From NCBI RefSeq assembly GCF_006345805.1, contig NC_043001.1:54312001-54376000 (forward strand): 64,000 nt of DNA, written 5' to 3'. Positions 24,095 through 35,755 of the stretch are shown here, piece after piece; positions within the stretch are counted from its first letter, which is position 1; the number at the start of each line of letters is the position of its first letter. The position numbers were made by a program, and so were the translations under genes. The notes under the pieces are model-generated. The model was not told where the DNA came from. It worked only from the letters and a program-made list of their open reading frames with translations, and did no database searches. This DNA comes from Octopus sinensis (Eukaryota).

Positions 24095-27041
24095 CAACAA
24101 TTGAGGGTAAAATTAATTAATTATTAATCAGTTTCACCAAGTGTTCAGTATGTAAAGGGACCATTATAGGCGAATTCAAAATATTACATTATATATAAGG
24201 GCTTAGTAAAATAAATTACTTTGCCACATACTGAACTCATTAGAAATAGCAGCTAAAGAAATTTCTTCAGCTATTTCTAATACTTAAAGAAGATCTCTCT
24301 CAGATAGTGTTTGCCTAAACTAACTCACAAAAGTATGGGGGAAAAAACATTAAAAAATCAAGTGCAAAGGTTATTTGAGAACGTACGTTTCTAGATTAGT
24401 CAATTCGACATTTCTTTCTTCAGCTCAGAATTCCTTGAATCGGATTTGGGAACACTTAAGTCGGGAGCATACCCTTTCGGCTTCTAATCACCTATAGAAT
24501 TCTGCTCGAACTAAAAGTGCTATCAAATTCGAATATGCAAGCGAAGAATTTCTGCTCTCCCCTTCCACCAGCGGGTGTTAAAATTGACAAACACCAAGTA
24601 TAACAGTGAAGACCGCAGAATTTAGCTAAGAGAGATGAATTATAATTTCAACAATTGAGGGTAAAATTAATTAATTATTAATCAGTTTCACCAAGTGTTC
24701 AGTATGTAAAGGGACCATTATAGGCGAATTCAAAATATTACATTATATATAAGGGCTTAGTAAAATAAATTACTTTGCCACATACTGAACTCATTAGAAA
24801 TAGCAGCTAAAGAAATTTCTTCAGCTATTTCTAATACTTAAAGAAGATCTCTCTCAGATAGTGTTTGCCTAAACAACTCACAAAAGTATGGGGGAAAAAA
24901 CATTAAAAAATCAAGTGCAAAGGTTATTTGAGAACGTACGTTTCTAGATTAGTCAATTCGACATTTCTTTCTTCAGCTCAGAATTCCTTGAATCGGATTT
25001 GGGAACACTTAAAGTCGGAGCATACTCTTTCGGCTTCTAATCACCTATAGAATTCTGCTCGAACTAAAAGTGCTATCAAATTCGAATATGCAAGCGAAGC
25101 GAAGAATTTCTGCTCCCCTTTCCACCAGCGTGGGTTAAAATTGACAAACACCAAGTATTAACAGTGAAGACCGCAGAATTTAGCTAAGAGAGATGAATTA
25201 TAATTTCAACAATTGAGGGTAAAATTAATTAATTATTAATCAGTTTCACCAAGTGTTCAGTATGTAAAGGGACCATTATAGGCGAATTCAAAATATTACA
25301 TTATATATAAGGGCTTAGTAAAATAAATTACTTTGCCACATACTGAACTCATTAGAAATAGCAGCTAAAGAAATTTCTTCAGCTATTTCTAATACTTAAA
25401 GAAGATCTCTCTCAGATAGTGTTTGCCTAAACTAACTCACAAAAGTATGGGGGAAAAAACATTAAAAAATCAAGTGCAAAGGTTATTTGAGAACGTACGT
25501 TTCTAGATTAGTCAATTCGACATTTCTTTTTCAGCTCAAATTTCCTTGAATCGGATTTGGAACACTTAAAGTCGGGGCATACCCTTTCGGCTTCTAATCA
25601 CCTATAGAATTCTGCTCGAACTAAAAGTGCTATCAAATTCGAATATGCAAGCGAAGAATTTCTGCTCTCCCCTTTCACCAGCGTGGGTTAAAATTGACAA
25701 ACACCAAGTATTAACAGTGAAGACCGCAGAATTTAGCTAAGAGAGATGAATTATAATTTCAACAATTGAGGGTAAAATTAATTAATTATTAATCAGTTTC
25801 ACCAAGTGTTCAGTATGTAAAGGGACCATTATAGGCGAATTCAAAATATTACATTATATATAGGGCTTAGTAAAATAAATTACTTTGCCACATACTGAAC
25901 TCATTAGAAATAGCAGCTAAAGAAATTTCTTCAGCTATTTCTAATACTTAAAGAAGATCTCTCTCAGATAGTGTTTGCCTAAACTAACTCACAAAAGTAT
26001 GGGGGAAAAAACATTAAAAAAGCAAGTGCAAAGGTTATTTGAGAACGTACGTTTCTAGATTAGTCAATTCGACATTTCTTCTTCAGCTCAGAATTCCTTG
26101 AATCGGATTTGGGAACACTTAAAGTCGGGAGCATACCCTTTCGACTTCTAATCACCTATAGAATTCTGCTCGAACTAAAAGTGCTATCAAATTCGAATAT
26201 GCAAGCGAAGAATTTCTGCTCTCCCCTTTCCACCAGCGTGGGTTAAAATTGACAAACACCAAGTATTAACAGTGAAGACCGCAGAATTTAGCTAAGAGAG
26301 ATGAATTATAATTTCAACAATTGAGGGTAAAATTAATTAATTATTAATCAGTTTCACCAAGTGTTCAGTATGTAAAGGACCATTATAGGCGAATTCAAAA
26401 TATTACATTATATATAAGGGCTTAGTAAAATAAATTACTTTGCCACATACTGAACTCATTAGAAATAGCAGCTAAAGAAATTTCTTCAGCTATTTCTAAT
26501 ACTTAAAGAAGATCTCTCTCAGATAGTGTTTGCCTAAACTAACTCACAAAAGTATGGGGGAAAAAACATTAAAAAAGCAAGTGCAAAGGTTATTTGAGAA
26601 CGTACGTTTCTAGATTAGTCAATTCGACATTTCTTTCTTCAGCTCAGAATTCCTTGAATCGGATTTGGGAACACTTAAAGTCGGGAGCATACCCTTTCGG
26701 CTTCTAATCACCTATAGAATTCTGCTCGAACTAAAAGTGCTATCAAATTCGAATATGCAAGCGAAGAATTTCTGCTCTCCCCTTTCCACCAGCGTGGGTT
26801 AAAATTGACAAACACCAAGTATTAACAGTGAAGACCGCAGAATTTAGCTAAGAGAGATGAATTATAATTTCAACAATTGAGGGTAAAATTAATTAATTAT
26901 TAATCAGTTTCACCAAGTGTTCAGTATGTAAAGGGACCATTATAGGCGAATTCAAAATATTACATTATATATAAGGGCTTAGTAAAATAAATTACTTTGC
27001 CACATACTGAACTCATTAGAAATAGCAGCTAAAGAAATTTC
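24091..27041 (-). repeat. Tandem array of a ~555-bp non-coding unit (5 full copies plus 175 bp), each carrying a hammerhead motif; flanked by (TA)n
   Basis: ATTTCAACAATTGAGGG starts at 24091, 24645, 25203, 25756, 26311 and 26867. Units are nearly identical. Confidence 0.95.
24376..24427 (-). ncRNA. Minimal type-I hammerhead motif, unit 1 (repeated at 24929-24980, 25488-25538, 26040-26090, 26595-26646)
   Basis: Minus strand TGAG-CTGAAGA-aAGAaatGTC(gaatt)GACtaaTCTa-GAAA-CGTACG-TT-CTCA, with palindromic stem III ACGTACGT. The unit 3 core reads CTGAAAA. Confidence 0.7.
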
Positions 27042-27079
27042 TGTATATATATATATATACAGTTCAATATGTGACCGCG

Positions 27080-27272
27080 TGTATATCGTTGGCGATTTTC
27101 TTTCTCCGTCTTCCCTTCTTTGGACTTTCCTTTTTCTATGTTTCTGAGGAAGAGCTCCGCACGAAACGTTAAGTCCTCCGTCTTTCGTTCCTTTCCTGAG
27201 CGTCCAATAACACTATACTTGTTCCACGTCCCCGCGTTGTGTTTTCTTTTTGTTCATGTTTGGAGTAACTAT
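27080..27272 (+). mobile_element. ~200-bp hammerhead mini-element (family of 14343-14546); motif at 27140-27174
   Basis: TTT-CTGAGGA-A-GAGCTCCGCAC-GAAA-CG-TT-AAG. Flanks align with 14370-14545. Confidence 0.7.
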
Positions 27273-27619
27273 ATTCATGTATGTATGTATGTATGTATGT
27301 ATGTATGTATGTATGTATGTACAGCAAGCACGAACAACAGGCCTAGGATATCTCAGTATATCTAGCGGGACATCCCCTTCTTTATTCTTGTACGTGATGT
27401 TACACAAACTGCACAGATTGATGCAACATTATTAGATGCACAAAATACTACCTATGATGGACACTTGCAGGATGGGTCGGAACGATCGTCGTACTGGATA
27501 AAGACTAGTGCTAAATCTCTGATCCGTTTCTTTCATCAATTATTATTATTATTATTATATATGTATATGTCTGTGTGTGTTTATATATATGTGTATGTAT
27601 TTACGTAGGTATGTATATG

Positions 27620-27659
<40 letters not shown>

Positions 27660-27662
<3 letters not shown>

Positions 27663-28153
27663 ATACTAAGTAATTAAGGGTTCAGCAACGATTTGCCTCA
27701 CCACACACCGAATTTAGAAATAGCAGTCAAAAGGTTTTGGCTATTCTTTCTACTTAAAACCAAAGCACTTAAAAAACAAACGACGCAGGCAAAAGAGAAA
27801 GAAATGACGAAAATCATTCTATATTAAGTTACCTACGGACGCATGTTTCGGAATTAAGTCATTGCAGATAATTAAATAATTATGTCTTACCTGACTATTT
27901 TCCTCCTCAGCGTAGGACTCTTCAATTATAAATAATTGCGTCTCAATTATTAATAATTGTGTATTAAATTTGAAGGCACTAGAAACATCACCTCAACTCA
28001 TGGTATCAGAGCGAGCGTAATTCTTGCCAGTACAGCCGAATTCAAAGAGTGAATGAAAGTAAGTCACCTTCCCCCTTCCGCCAGCGTGTTGCCAAAATAA
28101 GATGGTACAGTTTTTTACTGGGAAGAAATACAATTATCACCCTTTATTATTGA
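27660..28153 (-). mobile_element. ~490-bp monomeric hammerhead element in (TA)n, distantly related to the 555-bp unit
   Basis: Shares TAGAAATAGCAG...GCTAT(T)..TCTA hairpin and CCCC.TTCC.CCAGCGTG with the tandem unit, in the same order. Confidence 0.75.
27832..27916 (-). ncRNA. Type-I hammerhead ribozyme motif
   Basis: Minus strand CCTACG-CTGAGGA-GGAA...TTCC-GAAA-CATGCG-TC-CGTAGG. 6-bp stem I, G-C closed extended stem II, GUC triplet. Confidence 0.85.
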
Positions 28154-28195
28154 TATATATATATATATAGGGGGTGGGGTGATGAAGTCAAACTA

Positions 28196-28455
28196 AGTAA
28201 TGATATTTTGAATGCATTTAATAGGTATGTTTCAGATAATTGCGCAATCGATAAAAAGGAAATGTTATCTCTTACGAAAAGATCTTCCTCAACTAAGACT
28301 TAACAAATTAAGAATAAATTGAATATATTTTGATATTTCAAAATAGGAAGAAACGCTAGCATATTTTGATATATCAACTGAAGAAGATCCTACTAAAATG
28401 ATGAAAATTCTCTGAAACATACATATTAAATGCTTTCAAAATGTCATCAATATAT
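28196..28455. mobile_element. Old fold-back element with decayed hammerheads in both arms
   Basis: TGATATTTTGAATGCATTTAATAGGTATGTTTCAGA versus TCTGAAACATACATATTAAATGCTTTCAAAATGTCA. Plus strand CTGAAGA-AGA...TCT-GAAA-CATACA-TA at 28378-28425; minus strand TTGAGGA-AGAT...ATCT-GAAA. Confidence 0.6.
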
Positions 28456-29146
28456 TATACGACTCTATGCAGTACAAGCTAGTCAGTCGTATATCCATCC
28501 ACTCGGATGCTATGATAAGGATTTAGAGTGGTTCGTTCTATTCGACTTGCGTCAGAAATTCCGATAACGTGCATCGTTTCTAAGCTTAACACGAAATATA
28601 AATAGATAGAAAGATACATATGTATATATATATATATTTGTGTATATATATGTGTGTGTATGTGTGTGTGTGTTTGGGTTTTTGGGTGGGTGGGGGTGTT
28701 AAAGTGGCATTCAACTTCATACTTTCCCCAGTATGACGCTTATTTAAATTACAAAGAAATTTTAAAGAGATTCATACTCTCTTAGCGCAGTCAAAACATG
28801 ACAGCAATGAAAATTCAGATAAAGTTACAATGTTTACGTGTTACTGTTACTGGTCGATATATATCAATGCTTTAGTTTCACTCTGATGTTCTATTTGAAC
28901 AAATTGTGAAATATTATTAATCACACTGGGATTAAACTATTTCTATTACAAGTTTATTGACTTTAATCTCAGAACAAATAAAATCATTCCTAAGATTTTG
29001 ATATTGAAAGGGGTGTTTTGATTTCAGCCACAACTTTCAAGGCATTATATTCGCTTTAAGTCTACTATTTTGTGTGTTGATCTCTTCCCCTCCTTTCCAT
29101 TTACTCTCTTTCTCTTTCTCTCCTATATTGATAGATAGGTATATAC

Positions 29147-29177
<31 letters not shown>

Positions 29178-29236
29178 CAGAGAGACAGAGAGACAGAGAG
29201 ACAGAGAGACAGAGAGACAGAGAGACAGAGAGACAG

Positions 29237-29273
<37 letters not shown>

Positions 29274-29524
29274 TAAATATACTCATATGCACATATACGT
29301 GTGTATATTCATGCACAACTGTGTGTGCGTGTGTATGTGTAAATGTATGTGTTTTGTATATATATATATATATATACAAACACACACTCCTACATAAATA
29401 CGTGTGTGTATGTATTTGTATGGCCTATGTATATGTGTGAATATATCTGCGTATTTGAGTCTATATGTATACGTCTAAGTTGGTACTTGTCAGATGTATG
29501 CATATATCCATGAGTAAAGACAGA

Positions 29525-30023
29525 AAATGAAAGAAAGAAAGAAAGAAAGAAAGAAGGAAAGAAAGAAGGAAAGAAAGAATGAAAGAAAGAAAGAAAGAAA
29601 GAAAGAAGGAAGGAAGGAAGGAAGGAAGAAAGAAAGAAAGAAAGAAAGAAAGGAACGAAGGAACGAAGGGAGGGAGGCATGGAGGAGGAAGGGGGGAGGG
29701 AGTATGGAAGGAAGGAAGGAAGGCAGGAAGGAAGGAAGGAAGGAAGGAAGGAAGGAAGGAAGGAAGGAAGGAAGGAAGGAAGGAAGGAAGGAAGGAAGGG
29801 AGAGAGGAAGGAAGAAGGAAGGAAGGAAGGAAGGAAGGAAGGAAGGAAGGAAAAAAGGAAGGAAGGAAGGTAGGAAGGTAGGAAGGAAGAAAGAAAGAAA
29901 GAAGAAGGAAGGAAGGACGGAAGGAAGGAAGGAAGGAAGGTAGGAAGGAAGAAAGAAAGAAAGAAAGAAGGAAGGAAGGAAGGAAGGAAGGAAGGAAGGA
30001 AGGAAGGAAGGGAGGAAGGAAGG
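29525..30023. repeat. (GAAA)n/(GGAA)n polypurine microsatellite
   Basis: ~500 bp of almost pure purine tetranucleotide repeats. Confidence 0.95.
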
Positions 30024-30699
30024 ATTGCAAAGCAACATGTTTGCTTTGAACCAAATATTTGATAATTTTTATACAGTCAACGATGCATGCAGTATTTTCA
30101 TAAGCGAATCACTTAATATACGCTGGTTCAATCTATATACTGTTTGTAATGGCTAGATACTTCTCGACAGATACAACAGAGAAATCTAGCATCAGCTTAC
30201 TATCCTATATTCAGTCGTTGATCTAGAATGAGCAGCGATGTCGCTTTCATTCCAATGGCTGTCATCTCGAAAATGTAAAGTAATACAGAAAATTTAAATT
30301 TACAAATAATATACTACGAAACCTAGCATCATGGCCACAGCTGCAACGCTGCTCACATGAGTATGGTCATACAAGAGGCAGACGTGTACAATTAACGTAA
30401 TACATGCCGTTACACATGTTTCGAATTTGCGCTCACCGATGAGTATAGCTTGCAGACAGAACACCTTCACCAGTTCGACTTGTTCTAAATATGATTCATG
30501 TACGTTGACAAAGTTTTCAAGTACTGCTGAGAGGACCTACTGACTATGGAGTGCTGTCATATACTTGTGCAATGGAAATTCTTTGGAATGCAGTTTCCAT
30601 AATTTACATAGAAAAATATGTAGTACATATATTAACATATAGCCCTTGCTAGGATTCTCAACCAATAAGTCCAATATTGGTACCATTCTGATATATTTT

Positions 30700-31072
30700 A
30701 ACTTTCATCTTTTACTTGTTTCAGTTATTAGATTTCGGCCATGCTGGGACGCCGCCTTGAAGAATTTTAAGCCTGGTACTTATTTTATCGACCTCTTTTG
30801 CCGAACCGCTAGCTTAGTGGAAAGTAAGCACAGCAGTACCGTTTGTGAAGCGCTGGTGAGGGACAAACACACAAGCTCGCGCGTCCGCATACACACACAC
30901 ATATGTATAGGGCGTCCTCCAGTTTCCATCTATCAAATTCAATTCACTCATAAGGCTTTGGTCAGCCCGACGCTGTAATAGAAGACACTTGCACAAGGTG
31001 TCACACGGTGGGACGAAACCTGGAACCATGTAGTTGGAAATCAGTCTTCTTTCCACACAGCCACACCTGCAC
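30700..31072 (-). mobile_element. SINE family B, diverged
   Basis: TTTACTTGTTTCAGT tail and CCACACAGCCACACCTGC head in reverse. Confidence 0.8.
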
Positions 31073-31450
31073 TTACGGTTGCCAAAACTGTAAAGTAAAT
31101 TTAGATAACTTCAATTTACAACAATAACAAGAGAATTATTTTGAGTTTTGAAATAAATTTTCTTAATTCGAATCTAGTGTCCAAACACATAGACAGCTAA
31201 CAATAAGACGCCTTACCTCGATCGACATTCAAATTGATCGAAATTGTGTAGTTATATTTATAATAAATTTATACTCTAAATAGGAAACTAATTATCGGGA
31301 AAATTATAATTTTATTTTATAAAAACTTCGAAGTCATTGTCGTCCTTCTTATTATAAAGAATACTAAATATGTACTCTACAAAATGCATTGGGTATGTCT
31401 TCGGTTTATTGTTAATTTGTTTTTATTATGTCTCGAGATAAAGGAAAACG

Positions 31451-31501
<51 letters not shown>

Positions 31502-31618
31502 TATATATATAGAAATTCGGGGTGAGTACTTGATAATTATAAGCACCTGTGTATACCGTTTGGTGGTGTAGGTGGTGGAGTAAATTGATCAAAATAAAAA
31601 CATGATGCCAAGGATTCA

Positions 31619-31696
31619 GCGGTACATATGTTTCGGGCCTTTATTAGACAGATTTATAACAATGCATAATGTATGTCTGTGGCCTTCTTCAGCCGC
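31619..31696 (-). ncRNA. Minimal type-I hammerhead motif (minus-strand arm)
   Basis: Reverse complement of 31938-32015. Confidence 0.75.
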
Positions 31697-31937
31697 GCAC
31701 AACAGCTTCCACAAGGACATGTGTTACATCAAAAATTCTTGGTTGGGGATGCAAATCCTCTCATTCGCGTACGACATAATGCGGCAACAGCATAGAATTG
31801 AAGCGTCCTGAGAGAAGAAAGAGATGGACGCTTCAATTCTATGCTGTTGCCGCATTATGTCGTACGCGAATGAGAGGATTTGCATCCCCAACTAAGAATT
31901 TTTGATGTAACACATGTCCTTGTGGAAGCTGTTGTGC

Positions 31938-32015
31938 GCGGCTGAAGAAGGCCACAGACATACATTATGCATTGTTATAAATCTGTCTAATAAAGGCCCG
32001 AAACATATGTACCGC
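31938..32015 (+). ncRNA. Minimal type-I hammerhead motif
   Basis: GCGG-CTGAAGA-aGGCC-ACAGA...TCTGT..GGCCc-GAAA-CATATG-TA-CCGC, with palindromic stem III ACATATGT. Confidence 0.78.
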
Positions 32016-32048
32016 TGAATCCTTGGCATCATGTTTTTATTTTGATCA

Positions 32049-32098
<50 letters not shown>

Positions 32099-32108
32099 TA
32101 TATATAAT

Positions 32109-32141
<33 letters not shown>

Positions 32142-32142
<1 letters not shown>

Positions 32143-32366
32143 CTTTATTTAAAACCAGCAGAAATATAACAAAAGTTGTTCCTCAGAGTTTCACGTTCCC
32201 GTTCGTCCAACGGTGTTAAGAAAACTATCCGACGAACGGGAACGTGAAACTCTGAGTGACAGCTTTTGTTATATTTCTACTGCCTTTAAATAAAGCATAT
32301 TACTCTACCTCTGGTATTTGAGTACTCTTTTTTCCCCTTGTTTCACATTTATGTGCTTATTCCGGT
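32142..32366 (+). mobile_element. Small fold-back element with decayed hammerhead (32222-32267) and one-sided tail
   Basis: 32143-32208 is inverted at 32230-32296. CCGACGA-ACG(ggaa)CGT-GAAA-CTCTGAG-TG has a non-cleavable G at the H position. Tail at 32297-32366. Confidence 0.65.
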
Positions 32367-32451
32367 ATATATATATATATATATATATACTTTGATACTT
32401 TGATAGGTTTCGGCCATTATTGGCCCAGGCCATGTCTAACTTAATAGCACC

Positions 32452-32622
32452 ACGGAAAACATATGAATTCATAGACGAGGTCAGAAGCGTACAGGAGAAG
32501 TACTTTTCCTCACGGACAAGTGAATTTTGGAAGAAGGGCCTTGCAAGTCTACCAGACAGATGGAAGAGCATTGTAGAAAATGAAGGAGAGTATATTTTAG
32601 ATGAAAAAAAGAACTTTATCTT
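32452..32622 (+). mobile_element. Inverted duplicate of the mariner transposase 3' end
   Basis: RKTYEFIDEVRSVQEKYFSSRTSEFWKKGLASLPDRWKSIVENEGEYILDE; reverse complement of 33012-33183. Confidence 0.85.
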
Positions 32623-32630
32623 ATATATAT

Positions 32631-32672
<42 letters not shown>

Positions 32673-32684
32673 ATATATATATAA

Positions 32685-32908
32685 ACAATAAGCTCGTGAC
32701 TAACGTGGGTGTTACGTTCCAAAAACCCCCGCTCTAAGTGAAAATCCGCGAAGAAACAGTACTGTACTGTATATTTTTTGTTATTATTTTTATAAATTGT
32801 ATATATTTATTTTATTATAAATGCAAAACAACACCACGGAGGAATCGACGTAAGCTTAAATAATAAACCGCGATAGGTCTAGCGCGATAAAGCGAGTGAT
32901 TACTGTAT
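32685..32908. mobile_element. Tc1/pogo-type MITE in (TA)n
   Basis: Ends CGAGTGATTACTG-TA; related to 15810-15963. Confidence 0.65.
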
Positions 32909-32931
32909 ATTTGTGTGTGTGTGTATATGTA

Positions 32932-33011
<80 letters not shown>

Positions 33012-33012
<1 letters not shown>

Positions 33013-34070
33013 AGATAAAGTTCTTTTTTTCATCTAAAATATACTCTCCTTCATTTTTCTACAATGCTCTTCCATCTGTCTGGTAGACTTGCAAGGCCCT
33101 TCTTCCAAAATTCACTTGTCCGTGAGGAAAAGTACTTCTCCTGTACGCTTCTGACCTCGTCTATGAATTCATATGTTTTCCGTTGAAATGATTTTGAAGA
33201 CTGCGGAATAAATGAAAATCAGATGGGGCAATGTCCGGCGAATATGGTGGGTGGGCCATGTTTCCTATTCTAACTGCTCCAGCCTTTGGAATGTCATCCT
33301 CGCTGCATACGGCCGAGCATTATCCTGATGGAAGAACACCTTGAAGCCAAAGATGGTCGTTTTTCTTCTAGCGTTCACTTAAGCCGCTCAAGCTGCTCGC
33401 AGTAGATCTCCTTTGTTATCGTTTCATATCCCACCAAACAGATTACAACACCTTACGTGGGTGAAAACTTTAATTAGCCTGGGGTGCCGGTGTTTTTCCT
33501 TTCCCTACCCAGTATTGGCGCTTGACATTTTTACAGAAAACCCATTTCTCGTCACCAGTCACTATTCGGTCCAAAAAAGATTCATTCGTGAGACGTACAC
33601 ATTCACTCTCTACCTGCGATTAGACTCAGGAAGCTTCTGAAGAATCCATTGACCCAATTTGCTAACTTTTCCGATGGCACACAAGTGTCGATGAATGGTT
33701 GAATGATCAAGTCCTAGCTTCTGTGCTAGTTCCTCAACAGTTACGATGTTGAGGAAATGCAGATCTTCCAGGACGAGGCTCGTTCTCTAGACTGTAGTTT
33801 CCGGCTCGGAATTTCTGGAACTACCATTGACACTAGCTTATGCTTATTGTCTGATTCCCATATGCTCCATTAATATCCCTCGCACTTCCATTGCGTTCTT
33901 GCCTTTGTTGAACTCATAAAGCAAAATATGCCGAATATGGTCCATTGTCACTTCCATTATAGCTTTGAAAAAATAACTGTTAAAATGGATTTGTACTCTT
34001 AAAAACTTTCACTAAGAATAAGTACAGGGAAAAATTACTACCTGCTTTTATAGCAAGTTGATGCAGGTAG
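33012..34070 (-). mobile_element. Decayed mariner (DD34D-type) transposon
   Basis: Minus strand MEVTMDHIRHILLYEFNKGKNA (ATG at 33957), VTGDEKW, HQDNARPY, SPDIAPSDFHLFRSLQNHF, LPDRWKSIVENEGEY. Frameshifts and deletions present. Confidence 0.9.
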
Positions 34071-34074
34071 TTTA

Positions 34075-34772
34075 GAAGAAGGCTTGTAGAGTACGGTCTG
34101 ACAGGCTGTAAAGCCATGAAGAAGCCATGGGTTTCTGAAGCGAATATGGAAAAACGTCTTTAGTGGGACAAAAACCACTCAAATTGAACCAGTGAGCAAT
34201 GGTCGAAAATCATGCGGTTTGATGAAAGTAACTATGAGATAAGATAGTACACGTATTCAATCAACATATAAACTTAATGTAACTGGTCTGTTACCCACAA
34301 TATATAGAAAAGTATCCACTATAAAGCTAATAGTATTTTTAAAGTTTTTCATGTAAAGCTAATATTATTTTACACTCAGGTTTTCTGGTGCAACTTTGGT
34401 ACGTCGCAGAGTTGGGAAAGCATTTAAGGCTGAATTTCTGGTGCCAACCGTAAAACACGGGGGTGGTTCTGGTGTAGGCTTGCATATCTACCCTAAGAAA
34501 TGTTTTTATGTCAGGGAAGGGTGAATTCAGCTACCTATATTTCTATGTTATCAAAGTCCAATCTAAATCCGATCGAACACCTATGGGGGAGTTTTGGTAT
34601 AAAAGCGGCAATTAATGCTAAAGGAGGGTCAACCAGATATTAAAACTAATATATATTGTGAAATATACCATAATCTACCACGATTTTCATTAACATTGAG
34701 ATAGCAGAACCTCAATATATTTGGGTGGCCTAATACATTTGGCCAAGACTATATATGCATTTGGCCAAGACT
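34075..34772 (+). mobile_element. Decayed Tc1-family transposon 3' part, with probable intron at 34239-34379
   Basis: RRLVEYGLTGCKAMKKPWVSEANMEKRL*W...QWSKIMRFDESNYE, then VRRRVG...PTVKHGGGS, LNPIEHLWG, AAINAKGGSTRY*. Ends TTTGGCCAAGACTATA. Confidence 0.85.
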
Positions 34773-34789
34773 ATATATATATTTTTTTT

Positions 34790-35034
34790 TCTTTTTCGTT
34801 TTACCTTTCTTTTACTTGTTTCAGTCATTTGACTGCGGCCATGCCGGAGTACCACCTTTAGTCGTTTAAATCGACCCCAGGACTTATTATTTATAAGCCT
34901 AGTACATATTATATCGGTATCTTTTGCTGAACCGCTAGTAACGGGGACGTAAACACACCAACATCGGTTGTCAAGCAATGGTGGGGCGACAAACACAGAC
35001 ACAAACAACAGACACATGCATATATATAAATATA

Positions 35035-35105
<71 letters not shown>

Positions 35106-35708
35106 TGGCGGCCAAAATGTTCAGAACGGCATTGTTTTCGTCAGAAAAGTAAATATAAGTTTTTATCAAAGTGGTTTTATATTCTATAATTTTTACAGAC
35201 AATAAATACAATATTTATTCATTGTTATTGTCTGAGATTTTGGTGTAATTTGAGAGGATAATACAAAAGTTATGGATGATTTAGTAATTTACTGCAAAAC
35301 CCATGGCGGCCAAAATGATCAGAACGGTTGAAAAAATAAAAAAAATAATCAAAAATGACGGAGTAAGTGGCATTATATTAACAAAGTACACTGCAAATAT
35401 TCTTACTAATGTTTAGTAAACGAACCGTCACGTAAACAAATTCAAAACATTAGAGTTCGCCGGTTAAATATACTAAATATACTAAAACACGTTCTGATCC
35501 TTTTGGCCGCCATGGGTTTTGCAGTAAATCACTAAATCATCCATAACTTTTGTATTATCCTCTCAAATTACACCAAAATCTCAGGCGATAACAAATAATA
35601 TCGTATTTATTGTCTGTGAAAATTATAGAATATAAAACAACTTTGATAAAAAAAATTATATCTACTTTTCTGACGAAAACAATGCCGTTCTGAACATTTT
35701 GGCCGCCA

Positions 35709-35755
<47 letters not shown>

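Larger units (their letters stand above)
31512..32053 (-). mobile_element. Fold-back hammerhead element: 228-bp inverted arms, 17-nt loop, one-sided tail, in (TA)n
   Basis: 31581-31808 versus 31826-32053 inverted, with one mismatch seen. Unique tail at 31512-31580. Confidence 0.9.

Noticed and set aside
24091-27041. CRISPR array or classical satellite interpretation of the tandem repeat
   Set aside because: Units are ~555 bp with no unique spacers, the context is eukaryotic and there are no cas genes. Copy number is low and each unit has a ribozyme motif.
29390-30054. Long ORFs of KEGR/FLPS repeats
   Set aside because: Translation of the (GGAA)n/(GAAA)n tract.
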